Of a stretch of 64,000 nt of DNA, positions 1-9,614 are shown piece after piece; position 1 is the first letter of the stretch; each line of letters opens with the position of its first letter. The stretch covers positions 521-64,520 of the forward strand of contig JBGTMQ010000021.1 of the NCBI GenBank assembly GCA_041743505.1, written 5' to 3'. The DNA comes from Candidatus Saccharimonadia bacterium (GTDB lineage: Bacteria; Patescibacteriota; Saccharimonadia; UBA4664). The position numbers were made by a program, and so were the translations under genes. Below the pieces are notes generated by a model. It did not search any database, was not told the origin of the DNA, and saw nothing but the letters and a program-made list of their open reading frames with translations.

Positions 1-821
1 TCAATTCTTTTGCCTGGCTGAGGGCCTTTGAGGTCATCCACGGGCAAGCCCTGGTCCCATAACAGCTCGAAGAATTTGCGCTGGGAGCCGGCAATTTGCT
101 GGTTATAGATTTCAATTCCGAAGACTTCACCGTCTTTCCAGTTTTGATAGGCTACGACATCGTCATAGACCAACACACCGTGCGTAATCGGAAAAACTTC
201 CTTGGACAAGTGACGAGCTTGCCAGAACTGTAGGCGTTCATTTTGGTGCTTAGAATACCAGGCTCGTTGGCTGGTTACGAATTCATCGCCAATGATACCG
301 CGAAAGTGCAGCTGACGCTCATTGCAGCGGCGGACCCAGCGCTCAAAGAAGGCGCCCAGTGTTCGTATCTGCATATTCTCGTAAAGAATGCTTACCACCT
401 CAGTAGTGGCCTTGGTCTCATTCCAATACATCTGCTTGACGCCCTCCGGGCCCTGGTAAAACTGGACCCGCGTGGCCGGTGAGCTAAGGCTGTTGCGGGC
501 TAGTGCCTCCTCAACTACTGCCAGCTCGACTTGGAGGCCCCTGACTTCTTGCTCTTTTTGACTCACTAGAACGCGCAGGTTGGCGATGGGTGCGGCCTTA
601 AAGATGCTGCGCTTGTAATGAATTTCTACTTCTACCAGGCTGGAGGCTTTTAGGTCGTCGACGAGGCGGTAGAGGCGCGTACGCTCAACGCCGGCATTGC
701 GGGATAGTTCCGAGATTGTCTGGGGCCCGTGGATGTAGAGAGCGAAGTAAAGATCGGCAATTTCGGCTTCAAGGCCGAGTTTGGCAAAGTAGGACCGGAT
801 GATTGGTTCGTCGTTTATCAT
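1..821 (-). CDS. TrmB-family winged-helix transcriptional regulator (3' end / C-terminus truncated by window edge)
   Basis: Minus-strand ORF open to position 1, ATG at 819-821. N-terminal HTH ...TISELSRNAGVERTRLYRLVDDLKASSLVE... is typical of TrmB-type sugar regulators. Not in the ORF track because no stop lies within the window. Confidence 0.55.
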   Translation of the reverse strand, partial: MINDEPIIRSYFAKLGLEAEIADLYFALYIHGPQTISELSRNAGVERTRLYRLVDDLKASSLVEVEIHYKRSIFKAAPIANLRVLVSQKEQEVRGLQVELAVVEEALARNSLSSPATRVQFYQGPEGVKQMYWNETKATTEVVSILYENMQIRTLGAFFERWVRRCNERQLHFRGIIGDEFVTSQRAWYSKHQNERLQFWQARHLSKEVFPITHGVLVYDDVVAYQNWKDGEVFGIEIYNQQIAGSQRKFFELLWDQGLPVDDLKGPQPGKRI

Positions 822-945
822 GGTTTTATTGTACTATCCGTGCACTATTTGCACAACAGTTATTAAAAGTACTATCTTAAGCATTACTATTCTGTGCAGA
901 AGTTCGAACACCTCGGATTTCTAGCACCTGACACTTAGGAGAGCA

Positions 946-1875
946 GTGATGACTGATCTTGGGTTGTGGACGCCGTACTTGAACGAGCCGGCAATGCCCA
1001 CCTGGTATCGCCTGCCCGAAGCGGTGCAGGCGGAGTGCGCCCAGTATACGCCGAGCGGGACGGAGCTGGACGCGATGTCGGCGGCGAGGTTTGACGCCGT
1101 GCGACAGGTGGTTATTGCCTATGCGGACGCGTCGGTGACTGACCTGCCCTACCATGGCCCCAAGCATTTTCGGGAGGTGGAGGCGTATGGCTTGGCAGCA
1201 GCCGGGGAGATTGATCGGTTGACTGGTAAAGCCTGGCCGACAGCCGTGAAGCAAGCTTTGGCCGTTGCCCTGAGAATGCACGACTGCCACCACAGCGGCA
1301 GCACCTTCCGGGCTGATGCACCGGGGGCGGAGCTAGTTTACCGGCCGGAGCTGGGCCCGGATGTGGCGACGGAGTGGGTCAGCTCACTAGCAGTCAATGA
1401 GCTGGGCCGGCAGCACGGCTTTTCGCTACCGTCGCGGCTGTTCCAGATGATGGTGGTTTGGTCGTCGACCTATGGCGGTCAAACTCCGCGCGGGCGGGAG
1501 CTCGGCATACCTGATGTGCACCCCGACGGAGTGTGGGGACGGCTGATGCGGGCGGCTGACGTTTGCCCGCCGGCTGATTTTCTGGAGTGGATTCGTGGCA
1601 GCATCGCCGTAAACTATGGCGAGATTCCGGCCACGACGCCCCCGGCGACCTGGGACGGGTTTCTCCAGGCCCAGATTGGCTTCACGGGCTACATCGGGCA
1701 CTGCTTCGATCAGTTGGATGAAGCGGCCGGCGTGCCGGTCACGCGGGAGCTGGGTTGGCGTGACAACCTGGCCCGGCTCCAGGTTCACCTGCGCGGCATG
1801 GCTGATGGCGGTGAGGCGGGGCTCACGCGGGCCGTCAAGGCTATGCTGATCGCTCGACACGTGGCATTGACCTGA
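946..1875 (+). CDS. hypothetical protein, possible HD-type metal-dependent phosphohydrolase (His/Asp-rich HGPKHF...RMHDCHH motifs); GC-rich
   Basis: 309-aa ORF, GGAG 6 nt upstream of ATG. The frame is clearly coding in a GC-rich block and the antisense ORFs look spurious. Confidence 0.4.
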   Translation: MMTDLGLWTPYLNEPAMPTWYRLPEAVQAECAQYTPSGTELDAMSAARFDAVRQVVIAYADASVTDLPYHGPKHFREVEAYGLAAAGEIDRLTGKAWPTAVKQALAVALRMHDCHHSGSTFRADAPGAELVYRPELGPDVATEWVSSLAVNELGRQHGFSLPSRLFQMMVVWSSTYGGQTPRGRELGIPDVHPDGVWGRLMRAADVCPPADFLEWIRGSIAVNYGEIPATTPPATWDGFLQAQIGFTGYIGHCFDQLDEAAGVPVTRELGWRDNLARLQVHLRGMADGGEAGLTRAVKAMLIARHVALT

Positions 1876-1903
1876 TTCTCGAGACTTTGAGATAAGGTTA
1901 AAG

Positions 1904-1930
1904 GCCGTCCGGAGAAACTCCGGACGGCCT
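1904..1930. terminator. bidirectional intrinsic terminator hairpin between convergent genes
   Basis: ggccgtccggag-aaa-ctccggacggcc is a perfect 12-bp stem, flanked by A/T runs on both sides (aaaggcc...ggcctttaaattt). Confidence 0.6.
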
Positions 1931-1955
1931 TTAAATTTGGAGGCGGGCATCAATT

Positions 1956-2990
1956 CTAGCTGAGCTGCTCCATCAGTTTCGCAGCCCGTTTCCTAGAGTG
2001 CTCGATCAGCTTGCCGGCCATGGGGTGGTCTGGGTCTATCATGAGATCACTAATGGTCAGGGCTCCGATGGTGAAACCAAGCATCATGTGTCTTAGCTGA
2101 GTCTCCTCTTCGCCGGACTTGGGCAAGGCATAGATCTCATGTTCCCAGAGCGCGAACTGCTGCGCTAATACATCTACATCGACTTCGGAGGCACGCTCGC
2201 ATAGCAGCCGTCCATAGTGATGCCAGGCAGCGGTGGCGTCGAAGAACGGCGCCTTCCAACCCCAAACAAAATTTGAGGTGTAGACATGGCGAGGGTCGTT
2301 GCCGGAGGGTTTAAACACATCATCGGAAGTTATGTGCAGATGCTGGAACTCACACGACACATCCCGGTAAAATTTCTCCAGTAGCTGGACGGCCCGCTCG
2401 ATGAGCTCGAAGTCTGCCTCTTGCCGATGAGGGTGGTTTGGGTAGATCTCCCTGGCTGACTCGAGGTTGCTGGCGACTGTCCTGCGGACGTCCTCTGCCA
2501 GAGAGCTGTCCGGCTGGGCGACCCATGGCCGGCTCCGGCAATTGGCCCGGTAATCCCGGAACAATTCGAAGAATTTACCAACTTCTGCGGCCGATGTCGG
2601 GTAGGAGATGAGCTTGCCAGTGTCAATGCTCTCTACCACCAGGGCCTCGAACTGGCGGGTATCGTCCCAAGGTAGGCGGGCAAAAAGCTCCGGCGGCCGG
2701 ACGAGCTGGCTGTGGTTGGAGTTCTTAAACCCCTCCAGAGCAGTTATTTCTGACACGTCGGGTTTGACGCCTTGGACTTTGAGAATGGCAGCCCGGCCTT
2801 CATAATGTCCGGCATACCTGAAAGCGCCGGCGCGCTGAGAGTTCCACCAGGTGCTATAACCTAGTAGCCCGTTACTTTTAGGCGTAAAACCGAGTTCGTC
2901 ACGGGCGACGCCAACGAGCTCGGTCTCCCGCTCCCTGATGTCAACACCTAACTTGTAAGTCTCGCTTAGCTCGTTCTGCCGATTAGACAT
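1956..2990 (-). CDS. hypothetical protein (344 aa), GC-rich
   Basis: Long ORF. No motif I can name with confidence. Confidence 0.4.
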   Translation of the reverse strand: MSNRQNELSETYKLGVDIRERETELVGVARDELGFTPKSNGLLGYSTWWNSQRAGAFRYAGHYEGRAAILKVQGVKPDVSEITALEGFKNSNHSQLVRPPELFARLPWDDTRQFEALVVESIDTGKLISYPTSAAEVGKFFELFRDYRANCRSRPWVAQPDSSLAEDVRRTVASNLESAREIYPNHPHRQEADFELIERAVQLLEKFYRDVSCEFQHLHITSDDVFKPSGNDPRHVYTSNFVWGWKAPFFDATAAWHHYGRLLCERASEVDVDVLAQQFALWEHEIYALPKSGEEETQLRHMMLGFTIGALTISDLMIDPDHPMAGKLIEHSRKRAAKLMEQLS

Positions 2991-3094
2991 GTTCCTAGTC
3001 CTTTCCTGGCGGGTGCTAGCTTAGCAGTTATCTAGATATAGTACACCTGATTACTCTAGAGTCAAATAAAAAATCATTAAGATATACTTGAACC

Positions 3095-3799
3095 ATGATA
3101 GATATGAATGCTGAAGATCAAGCCGTCGAGCGCGTATATTATGAGTCGAGGGATGGGCTTCTGATTACCGGAGACCTGTATTCTGCCGACAAGCCCAAAG
3201 GCTACTTGTTACTCTGCCACCGGTCGCACTATAACAGGGGCGAATACTGCGAAATTGCCCCTAAACTGGCTGCTTTGGGTTTCTTGTGCCTGGCCGTTGA
3301 CCAGCGTTCCGGCATGAACGTGCTTGGCTTTACGAACGAAACGTCGACATTGGCGAAGCAAAAGGGCTTGCCCACGGGCTATCTGGACGCCAAGCAAGAT
3401 ATAGAAGCGTCCATAGATTATCTTTATGAAAGAAATGGGCATAAGCCCATCATTCTGGTAGGGAGTTCTTATTCCGCGTCCCTGGCGCTACTCATCGCCA
3501 AGGATAACGCTAAGGTTAAGGCGGTAGCTGCGTTTAGCCCCGGAGAGTACCTGAAAAAGACAAAGGTCGCTGAATCCATTAAAGGTCTGGCAAAGCCAAC
3601 ATACGTGACATCGGCCAGAAAAGAGACTGCTGACGTTGGGCAAATAATAAGATATATGGACATGAAGTATGCGACATACTTTCGATCCCAAGACGCTGGC
3701 TTCCATGGAGCCCGGACGCTTTGGGATACGGTTGATGGGCATGAAAAGTACTGGGAATCGTTTAGTCAGTTTTTGCTCATAAACTCGGATACACAATAA
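3095..3799 (+). CDS. alpha/beta hydrolase (dienelactone-hydrolase-like)
   Basis: Nucleophile-elbow GSSYS in ...PIILVGSSYSASLA... Size 234 aa, lower GC. Confidence 0.55.
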   Translation: MIDMNAEDQAVERVYYESRDGLLITGDLYSADKPKGYLLLCHRSHYNRGEYCEIAPKLAALGFLCLAVDQRSGMNVLGFTNETSTLAKQKGLPTGYLDAKQDIEASIDYLYERNGHKPIILVGSSYSASLALLIAKDNAKVKAVAAFSPGEYLKKTKVAESIKGLAKPTYVTSARKETADVGQIIRYMDMKYATYFRSQDAGFHGARTLWDTVDGHEKYWESFSQFLLINSDTQ

Positions 3800-3826
3800 A
3801 GGGCGCCGGAAAATCCGGCGCCCCAA
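3800..3826. terminator. bidirectional terminator hairpin
   Basis: gggcgccgg-aaaat-ccggcgccc. On the minus strand it is followed by tttatt. It sits between convergent genes. Confidence 0.55.
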
Positions 3827-3832
3827 ATGGGA

Positions 3833-4923
3833 CTAGGCGGGAATACGTGCCGCCATGAGCGGTGCTGGGATCTCCGGGTCGTCTGCGTCTGAGACAAGCA
3901 AGAGATCGATGGAGCCAATGGCCGGATTGTACCGCGCATCAACTCCTTCTACCTTGATGGCGGAATTCTCCAGCGGGATGACCTGCTGAAGATTGCCGCC
4001 AGAACCAATGACGCCCACGACACTGCCGGCGATCTGACCATCGATAATGGGATCGCCGGTGGCCTCGGCGGCGGCGGTGAAGACGAGGCGATCATGTGGA
4101 TCGCCGGTAACCGAGTCTATATCGGTGAAATCCAGTTTTACATCGAAGCTCTGGCCATTTTTTTTGAGCTTGGCGTAGCCAATGTCATAGGAACGGACCT
4201 CTTCCAGTTCGCACTGGTTGATCTGAAGATCCGAGTAGAGACTGCCAAGGACCTCGGCGAGCGTCAGGCGAATGAGCATGTTTGGAGCGGGCTGCCCCTG
4301 GTCGTCCAGGCTATTACCGCGCTGCGCCAGGATGAGCTGATGACCATGAACGCAGACACCTTCGATGTTCAGCTTGCCGGCGATGACACGCTTTTCCAGG
4401 AATTCGTGTAGCCCCTCCAGTGAGATTTTGGAAGGCAGGCCGACAATATGGCCCTTCTCGTCAAGCAAGTAAGTCACGCCGATGGAGCGGCGGACGCCAC
4501 GACGGCTCACACCTCCAGAGCCAGCAATCAGGAGCAAGCCGTTTGGAAAGCGGCGGAAGGCTTCGGTGCGGGTCTTGCTCGCCGGCAAGGCTTCGATGTG
4601 CTCGCGCTTGATGATGGTGAGAGCTTCGAAATCGGCCTTGACCTCACTGCGCTTATGGGGGTCGAGCGGCAGAACCTCGGGGATGATGCGCACAGCCACA
4701 CCGGGCTTGAGCAGATCACAGTCTACTCTGGACCGAAGCGCCTCTAGAACCGCTGTGGGGTCTAGATCGTACTCGGCGACTGCTGCCTGATCATCGCCCA
4801 CCGAGTAGAGACGAGGGCCCGACCAGGCGGTGCCAGAGGCGGCCGACAGAAAGGCGGCCTCACCTTCATCGGGATTGACAATACGATGCGTTCCAATGGT
4901 AGTCACTTGCAGTGATTGCATGG
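3833..4923 (-). CDS. hypothetical protein (about 363 aa)
   Basis: ORF 3833-4984. The preferred start is ATG at 4923 (MQSLQV...), preceded by AAGGAGAT on the minus strand. Confidence 0.5.
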
Positions 4924-5033
4924 GATCTCCTTGTCTTGAGTGCACGGGCGGGATAATTATGATATGCGAGGGGCTTAAGTGCAAACATAAGCGTTATGAA
5001 GCTGGGGTATAGTTGTTTTATACAGCGCCGGGG

Positions 5034-6065
5034 TCAAGGGCCGATAGGCCGGGTGTGGATCTGCTGCTTGTAGACTTCACCAATTTTACCCGCATCCTTG
5101 AGGGGCGATACTAAGCTTCCGGCCGCCGTCTGGACGATTACTGAGTCGTAAGCCGACATGACCACCAGAGGAGCTGGGTGCTGGTTGATAACTAGGTTGC
5201 CATGGCAGTCGTTACCGAAAATGACGTCGCCAATAGTCACATTGCCATGGGAGTCCTTATCGTTAAGCTGGTAGATCTCTTCGAACCGGCCGACATCGAT
5301 AAACTGGTAGTCTATGACGCTCAGCCTGAGCTGGTTTGAATGTTGAAAAATGGTGCTGCTGATGTCTAAGAACGGCAGGTCGAGAAATAATTGTTGGCGT
5401 GAACTTGACGTGGATAGGAGTAGGCGCCGGCATTGATGCGCCCATGGCTCCTCAAGGCTACTTAGGACATCCAGGAAGGCTGTTGTGGAGGTGATATAAA
5501 TCATTGGCGAGCGATATATTTGATGGGCTTTGGCCGCTCCTTCAAGCGCTGCGCGGGCCGGCTTTTCGAGAAACTTTAGTACCCGGCCCGATGAATCGGC
5601 GATACAGTAGCCATCATTGCTGTTAAAGGCCGCGTAGTCCGGGCAGAGTAGCGTAAACAGGGCTTTTTTGGAGTCATACTGTTCAATGGTTTGCTTGAGC
5701 GAACGAGTAAAAGCGCTGTCGTTGAGGGTATACTGATCGACGGGCTTAAAAAGTACCGGCTCATTGGGGTCGTTGGTGATGGCTGTAAGCGCCCAAAGGG
5801 TGTGCGGTAGCGTATTACGGCGCTCAGGAACGCATATTATATGACTATCACTCAGGTTTGGCAGCTCGGCCCTAACCAACTCTTCCATGCCTGCGAGGAC
5901 TAGTACATACAGTTTCGATGAGGGGATAAACTTATTTAGCTGTTGGTAGGTATAAAGCAACAGCGACTGGCCGGCTATTAATGGCTGGAATTGCTTGGGT
6001 TTTTCGGAAGTGGAGAGCGGCCACAACCGGCTGCCAAAGCCGGCGGCAAGAATGACTGTTTTCAT
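5034..6065 (-). CDS. sugar-phosphate nucleotidyltransferase, mannose-1-phosphate guanylyltransferase-like
   Basis: N-terminus MKTVILAAGFGSRLWPLS matches the GxGTRLxPLS NTP-transferase signature. Start chosen at 6065 rather than the upstream 6095. Confidence 0.6.
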   Translation of the reverse strand: MKTVILAAGFGSRLWPLSTSEKPKQFQPLIAGQSLLLYTYQQLNKFIPSSKLYVLVLAGMEELVRAELPNLSDSHIICVPERRNTLPHTLWALTAITNDPNEPVLFKPVDQYTLNDSAFTRSLKQTIEQYDSKKALFTLLCPDYAAFNSNDGYCIADSSGRVLKFLEKPARAALEGAAKAHQIYRSPMIYITSTTAFLDVLSSLEEPWAHQCRRLLLSTSSSRQQLFLDLPFLDISSTIFQHSNQLRLSVIDYQFIDVGRFEEIYQLNDKDSHGNVTIGDVIFGNDCHGNLVINQHPAPLVVMSAYDSVIVQTAAGSLVSPLKDAGKIGEVYKQQIHTRPIGP

Positions 6066-6096
6066 GAATGCATCATAGCAAACCAGACGTCTCAAT

Positions 6097-6130
6097 ATAA
6101 AAACAAGGCCGGAGGGAGGTTACCCTCCGG
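6097..6130 (-). terminator. intrinsic terminator for the 6146-6421 gene
   Basis: Minus strand reads ggccggaggg-taacctc-cctccggcc followed by ttgtttt. Confidence 0.6.
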
Positions 6131-6145
6131 CCTAGAGGGCCGGAA

Positions 6146-6421
6146 CTAACTGTCTTTGTTACGCTTGATAGAGACAAGCATGAAGAACGTCCCGTCGCCA
6201 ACGGTCAGATTGGCAATGCCACAGTTTCTTAGGCCTCGCACGACGCGGCCGATGCGGTCGGTTAGTCCGAATACTTCGCTTGGCCTGGTCTTCCAACCTG
6301 GCCTGGTTACGAGAACCAACCCATTGTCGCCCGCGAATTCCCGACCGGCGGTGTGATCGGCATCGTGGTGAGCGGCCATTCGGCCGACCAACTCAGGTGT
6401 GATGTCGGCGTATCTAGCCAT
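6146..6421 (-). CDS. small hypothetical protein (91 aa), GC-rich
   Basis: AGGAGG 6 nt upstream of ATG on the minus strand. A terminator follows. Confidence 0.45.
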   Translation of the reverse strand: MARYADITPELVGRMAAHHDADHTAGREFAGDNGLVLVTRPGWKTRPSEVFGLTDRIGRVVRGLRNCGIANLTVGDGTFFMLVSIKRNKDS

Positions 6422-6498
6422 TTGGGACCTCCTAGAGGGGGTGCGAGTGGATGGCTATTTGTTATTATATCATGTTTTTAGTATATTGCAATTGTTAT

Positions 6499-6527
6499 TT
6501 GACAAATAGTGCGATTAGTGTTATTAT
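6499..6527 (+). promoter_or_regulatory. sigma70-like promoter (-35 TTGACA, 17-bp spacer, -10 TATTAT)
   Basis: ttgaca at 6499-6504 and tattat at 6522-6527, in an AT-rich divergent intergenic region. Confidence 0.5.
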
Positions 6528-6546
6528 GATGTAGTCCAATTCGTAT

Positions 6547-6783
6547 TTGGTTTGGAGGCCAACTGTGCGTGCAATCTTGAATTGGCTTGAGGAGATCATC
6601 ATCGCTCGCATTCTGACTAAGCGCAACATTGCGCTGGTTGATCCGAAATGTGGTTGCCTGCGCAGCCCCGACGTCCGTCTCTCGGAGCCCTGTCCTGACC
6701 CCACGCACTCCCGTTCCACTGAGCGCGCTTTCGCCGCATTGGATGAGCTGGGGGCACATCGTGCAGCCGGTCGCCTGTGGTAA
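6547..6783 (+). CDS. small hypothetical ORF (about 72-78 aa; GTG at 6565 possible) or alternatively a short GC-rich ncRNA
   Basis: GC-rich 220-nt unit between a strong promoter and a strong terminator. The ORF has no recognisable motif. Confidence 0.3.
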   Translation: MVWRPTVRAILNWLEEIIIARILTKRNIALVDPKCGCLRSPDVRLSEPCPDPTHSRSTERAFAALDELGAHRAAGRLW

Positions 6784-6803
6784 ATCCGCCTAACTGAACT
6801 ACC

Positions 6804-6835
6804 CGCCTAGCGCACCCCAGCGCTAGGCGGTTTCA
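6804..6835 (+). terminator. intrinsic terminator
   Basis: ccgcctagcgc-acccca-gcgctaggcgg followed by tttcatattt. Confidence 0.65.
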
Positions 6836-6850
6836 TATTTGCGATTGTGT

Positions 6851-7466
6851 TAGGCTCGCTTTGACCGCATAGCCTTGAGCTGACGCAGGTTTTTATCGGT
6901 TGTTAGTTTCGTGTAGGCTTTACCGCCAAGCGGGTAAATAGCTACTTTGCCTTCCCCATTGCTGTGCGCGCCCCAGCCGTAACGTTTTGTTAGTGGCGAG
7001 GAATGAAGACAGGGTTGCCCCTTGAAAAGAACTTTTCGCGCTCTGAGGGCAACTGACCTTCCTCTAGCTGACTGCGCTGGGCATAGACATTAAAAAGTAC
7101 ATCATCTGATGTGAGCTCATACGGATTGCCGATCAACATGTCGTACTCTAGGTTTGCAACTGTCTTCCTGCTGATCTTGACCGGAGGCACTTCAGTGGAC
7201 TGACGGGACAGTCCTCGGCGACGGAGATAAAGGTATCGTAGTAATTGGTTGTATGCATACGGTTAAGCTACATCCCAGGTATTGGTAGCATCTCTCCATT
7301 CCAGCCATTCGTCCATGCTGGCTTTCATTCGTTCAGGACTGACATTAGCCATTTGCTGGCTGGCTAGTGTGGTTGAGTTATATAGGATCATAAATTTTGC
7401 CATGATACACCTCCATTGGGTTTGACTACTTCCATAGTAGTTTTGGCGATGAATTAAACCAAGCAC
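6851..7466 (-). pseudogene. fragmented ORFs, probable decayed gene(s)
   Basis: Three short collinear minus-strand ORF pieces in different frames: 7263-7400 (MAKFMILYNS...), 6990-7190, and 6851-6986 (ending ...GWGAHSNGEGKVAIYPLGGKAYTKL...). No single intact frame. Confidence 0.3.
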
Positions 7467-7524
7467 GGACGTGGCGACTCACAATGACTGGACGAAGGTC
7501 GATGATAATGTTCGGAGAGCGAAA

Positions 7525-8046
7525 CTAAGTTAAACCATGCGACTTTAGTAGCTGATCTTGGCGGGAAAGCTGCAAGATTGCCACCACTAACCGGGGATCA
7601 TTAAACTCACAATTTAAGGCCATGTTATAAACCTTATCCCAGGTGTGTAATTGAATTTTGCCGATTTCTTCTTCGACCCAGTTGGTTTTCTGGCCGGAGC
7701 GCAAATCTGAACCTATATAAAAGTCTACATAGGTATCTGGAAAATCGGTCTGAACTGTGGCGAATTTTTCTAGCTTTCGGGGCGTGAGACCAACTTCTTC
7801 CTCGCACTCTCGCGCGGCTGCCTGCTCGGAACTTTCCGCTTCTTCTATCTTGCCGCCCGGGCAGTTCCAGACCCATCGTCCGGTGGAGTTTTTCTTTTCG
7901 TATATGACGATAATTTTATTGTCTTTGACTAACAGTGTAGTTACTGCGGGACGCGCCCAGAGATGCCAGCCATGTTCAGACCGGCTGATTTTGATAGTCC
8001 CATCATCATAAACCTGTTTGTAATCCATCTGACTAAAGTATACCAA
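7525..8046 (-). CDS. NUDIX hydrolase
   Basis: Nudix box GGKIEEAESSEQAAARECEEEVG (GX5EX7REUXEEXGU). Alternative start MDYKQ... at 8028. Confidence 0.7.
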   Translation of the reverse strand: MVYFSQMDYKQVYDDGTIKISRSEHGWHLWARPAVTTLLVKDNKIIVIYEKKNSTGRWVWNCPGGKIEEAESSEQAAARECEEEVGLTPRKLEKFATVQTDFPDTYVDFYIGSDLRSGQKTNWVEEEIGKIQLHTWDKVYNMALNCEFNDPRLVVAILQLSRQDQLLKSHGLT

Positions 8047-8054
8047 AACAAAAA

Positions 8055-8558
8055 CTAGCGGGGAGTTACGGGTAAATGCAAATAGCGACGCTTGGTTTGG
8101 GCTATTAATTTAGTCCCGACGATGGTAGCCAAAATGGCGCCTGCCGCGACAGACCAGGCAGGAGCACTCAAGTCAATTAAAGCGACGATAATAAAACCGT
8201 TAAAAAGTGATATCAACGTAAAGCCAACGTCATCGATGTACTTTTCTGATACACCGCTGGCCTGGAATAACTTCCTGGCGTGAATAGCCCGATAGAGCAT
8301 ATAGCAGGCCAGAACGACTAGGCCGGTGAAAATACCTTTTTCGAGGCCGGTTAGTTCATACCAGTGCGCTATCATTGCGCCCACCATAAATATGATGAGG
8401 CCCGATAATGAAACCAGAAACGTTGGCATTAACCATTTGTACTTCTGCACCATAACGGGCGAAATGATGAGCACGCCGGTAATAAAGCAGGCGACTGCCG
8501 ACGCTGCGTGAAGAATTATCATGAATAACCAAAGGCTCATACTGTAATTATAACTCAA
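8055..8558 (-). CDS. integral membrane protein, hypothetical
   Basis: 167 aa with about 5 hydrophobic segments. Confidence 0.5.
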   Translation of the reverse strand: MSYNYSMSLWLFMIILHAASAVACFITGVLIISPVMVQKYKWLMPTFLVSLSGLIIFMVGAMIAHWYELTGLEKGIFTGLVVLACYMLYRAIHARKLFQASGVSEKYIDDVGFTLISLFNGFIIVALIDLSAPAWSVAAGAILATIVGTKLIAQTKRRYLHLPVTPR

Positions 8559-8592
8559 ACGACACTAGAGGCGATTGGGTTATAGAGTATGC

Positions 8593-9513
8593 CTAACGGT
8601 TGACGACGTACTGATCTGTGCGGCCACCCAGTATGTTGATGACGGATTCTGTGACCATGTCACTCGCTAGCTTGTTGGCGCTCCGAGTGTTGAAAGCAGT
8701 GTTTTCATTAGAGCAGTAGAAAACTTCTAGCGATAGTTTGGCAAAAGCTTTACCGACAGGTGAGCGATCAAGGTAGGCGCGGATACGCCCTGATTCAAGT
8801 TCTGCAAGCAACGCAGAATCGTCGAGAACATTCTCATCAAGACAGGTAACTAAGGCGCCATCCTTGAGCAGACTTAGCTTGCTGGCATTCAAGAACCGAT
8901 CACCTGCTGCTTCCGAAACACAAACGCAGACAATATCTGCCGTCTGCATGAGGTCTTCAAGCTGCTGTTGTTCAAATGGCACATCTTTCTGAGTCCGGTT
9001 CCAGTATGTTACGCGTTTAGTCCCAACGGCGCTAAAAAGTTCAGCAACACGGCGGCCGATATGTCCAAGCCCGACTACACCTACGTGGAGCTCATCAAAG
9101 CCGTTCGTGGTTGCAAAAGTTGCTTTCCCGGTACGCCCTAGCGCAAAAAGGTTTCGCGTCATTGATAGACCCGTAACAAGCACCCATTCAGCAACTGCCC
9201 CCGCATTTGCGTTAGGAGCATTAGTAATGAAGATACCCTTGTCCGTTGCATCTTGCCAGCCTGGGATAAAATACTTCCATGCGGTACCGGTCAATGAAAT
9301 AACTTTTAGGTTATCGGCTGATTCGATAATTTGGGTGCTAACTTTTTCGGTCCCACCTAATATATAGCCATCTTTGCCTTTAAGCGTCCTGATAAGCTCA
9401 GCATCGCTAGCCTCTTGCTTTTTCAGTCGTTCGACTTCTATTCCAGCCTCATGCAGGCGTTTTTCGTGCTCAGGGAAGATGAACAATGTATCGGTTACCA
9501 AGAGTTTAAACAT
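8593..9513 (-). CDS. D-isomer-specific 2-hydroxyacid dehydrogenase family (NAD-binding)
   Basis: Rossmann motif GVVGLGHIGRRVA and typical length of 306 aa. Confidence 0.7.
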   Translation of the reverse strand: MFKLLVTDTLFIFPEHEKRLHEAGIEVERLKKQEASDAELIRTLKGKDGYILGGTEKVSTQIIESADNLKVISLTGTAWKYFIPGWQDATDKGIFITNAPNANAGAVAEWVLVTGLSMTRNLFALGRTGKATFATTNGFDELHVGVVGLGHIGRRVAELFSAVGTKRVTYWNRTQKDVPFEQQQLEDLMQTADIVCVCVSEAAGDRFLNASKLSLLKDGALVTCLDENVLDDSALLAELESGRIRAYLDRSPVGKAFAKLSLEVFYCSNENTAFNTRSANKLASDMVTESVINILGGRTDQYVVNR

Positions 9514-9614
9514 GGCGCAAGTATAACAAAAAGAGAAACGCCCCGCCGGCCACAGAGGCCGACAGGACGTCCGCTCCCCGCGGTCAGCGAGGCTGTTGTT
9601 TGTTGGTGCGTCTC

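Noticed and set aside
877-1953. Antisense/alternate-frame ORFs inside the GC-rich 946-1875 gene (877-1293, 1112-1321, 1426-1953, 1616-1849)
   Set aside because: High GC suppresses stop codons in all frames. These ORFs have Arg/Pro/Gly-rich low-complexity translations and no start context, while the 946-1875 frame is coherent.
6565-6783. tmRNA or other named ncRNA for the GC-rich unit downstream of the promoter
   Set aside because: No tRNA-like 5' GGGG/3' CCA ends and no ...ALAA-type tag reading frame. Kept only as a generic sORF/ncRNA candidate.
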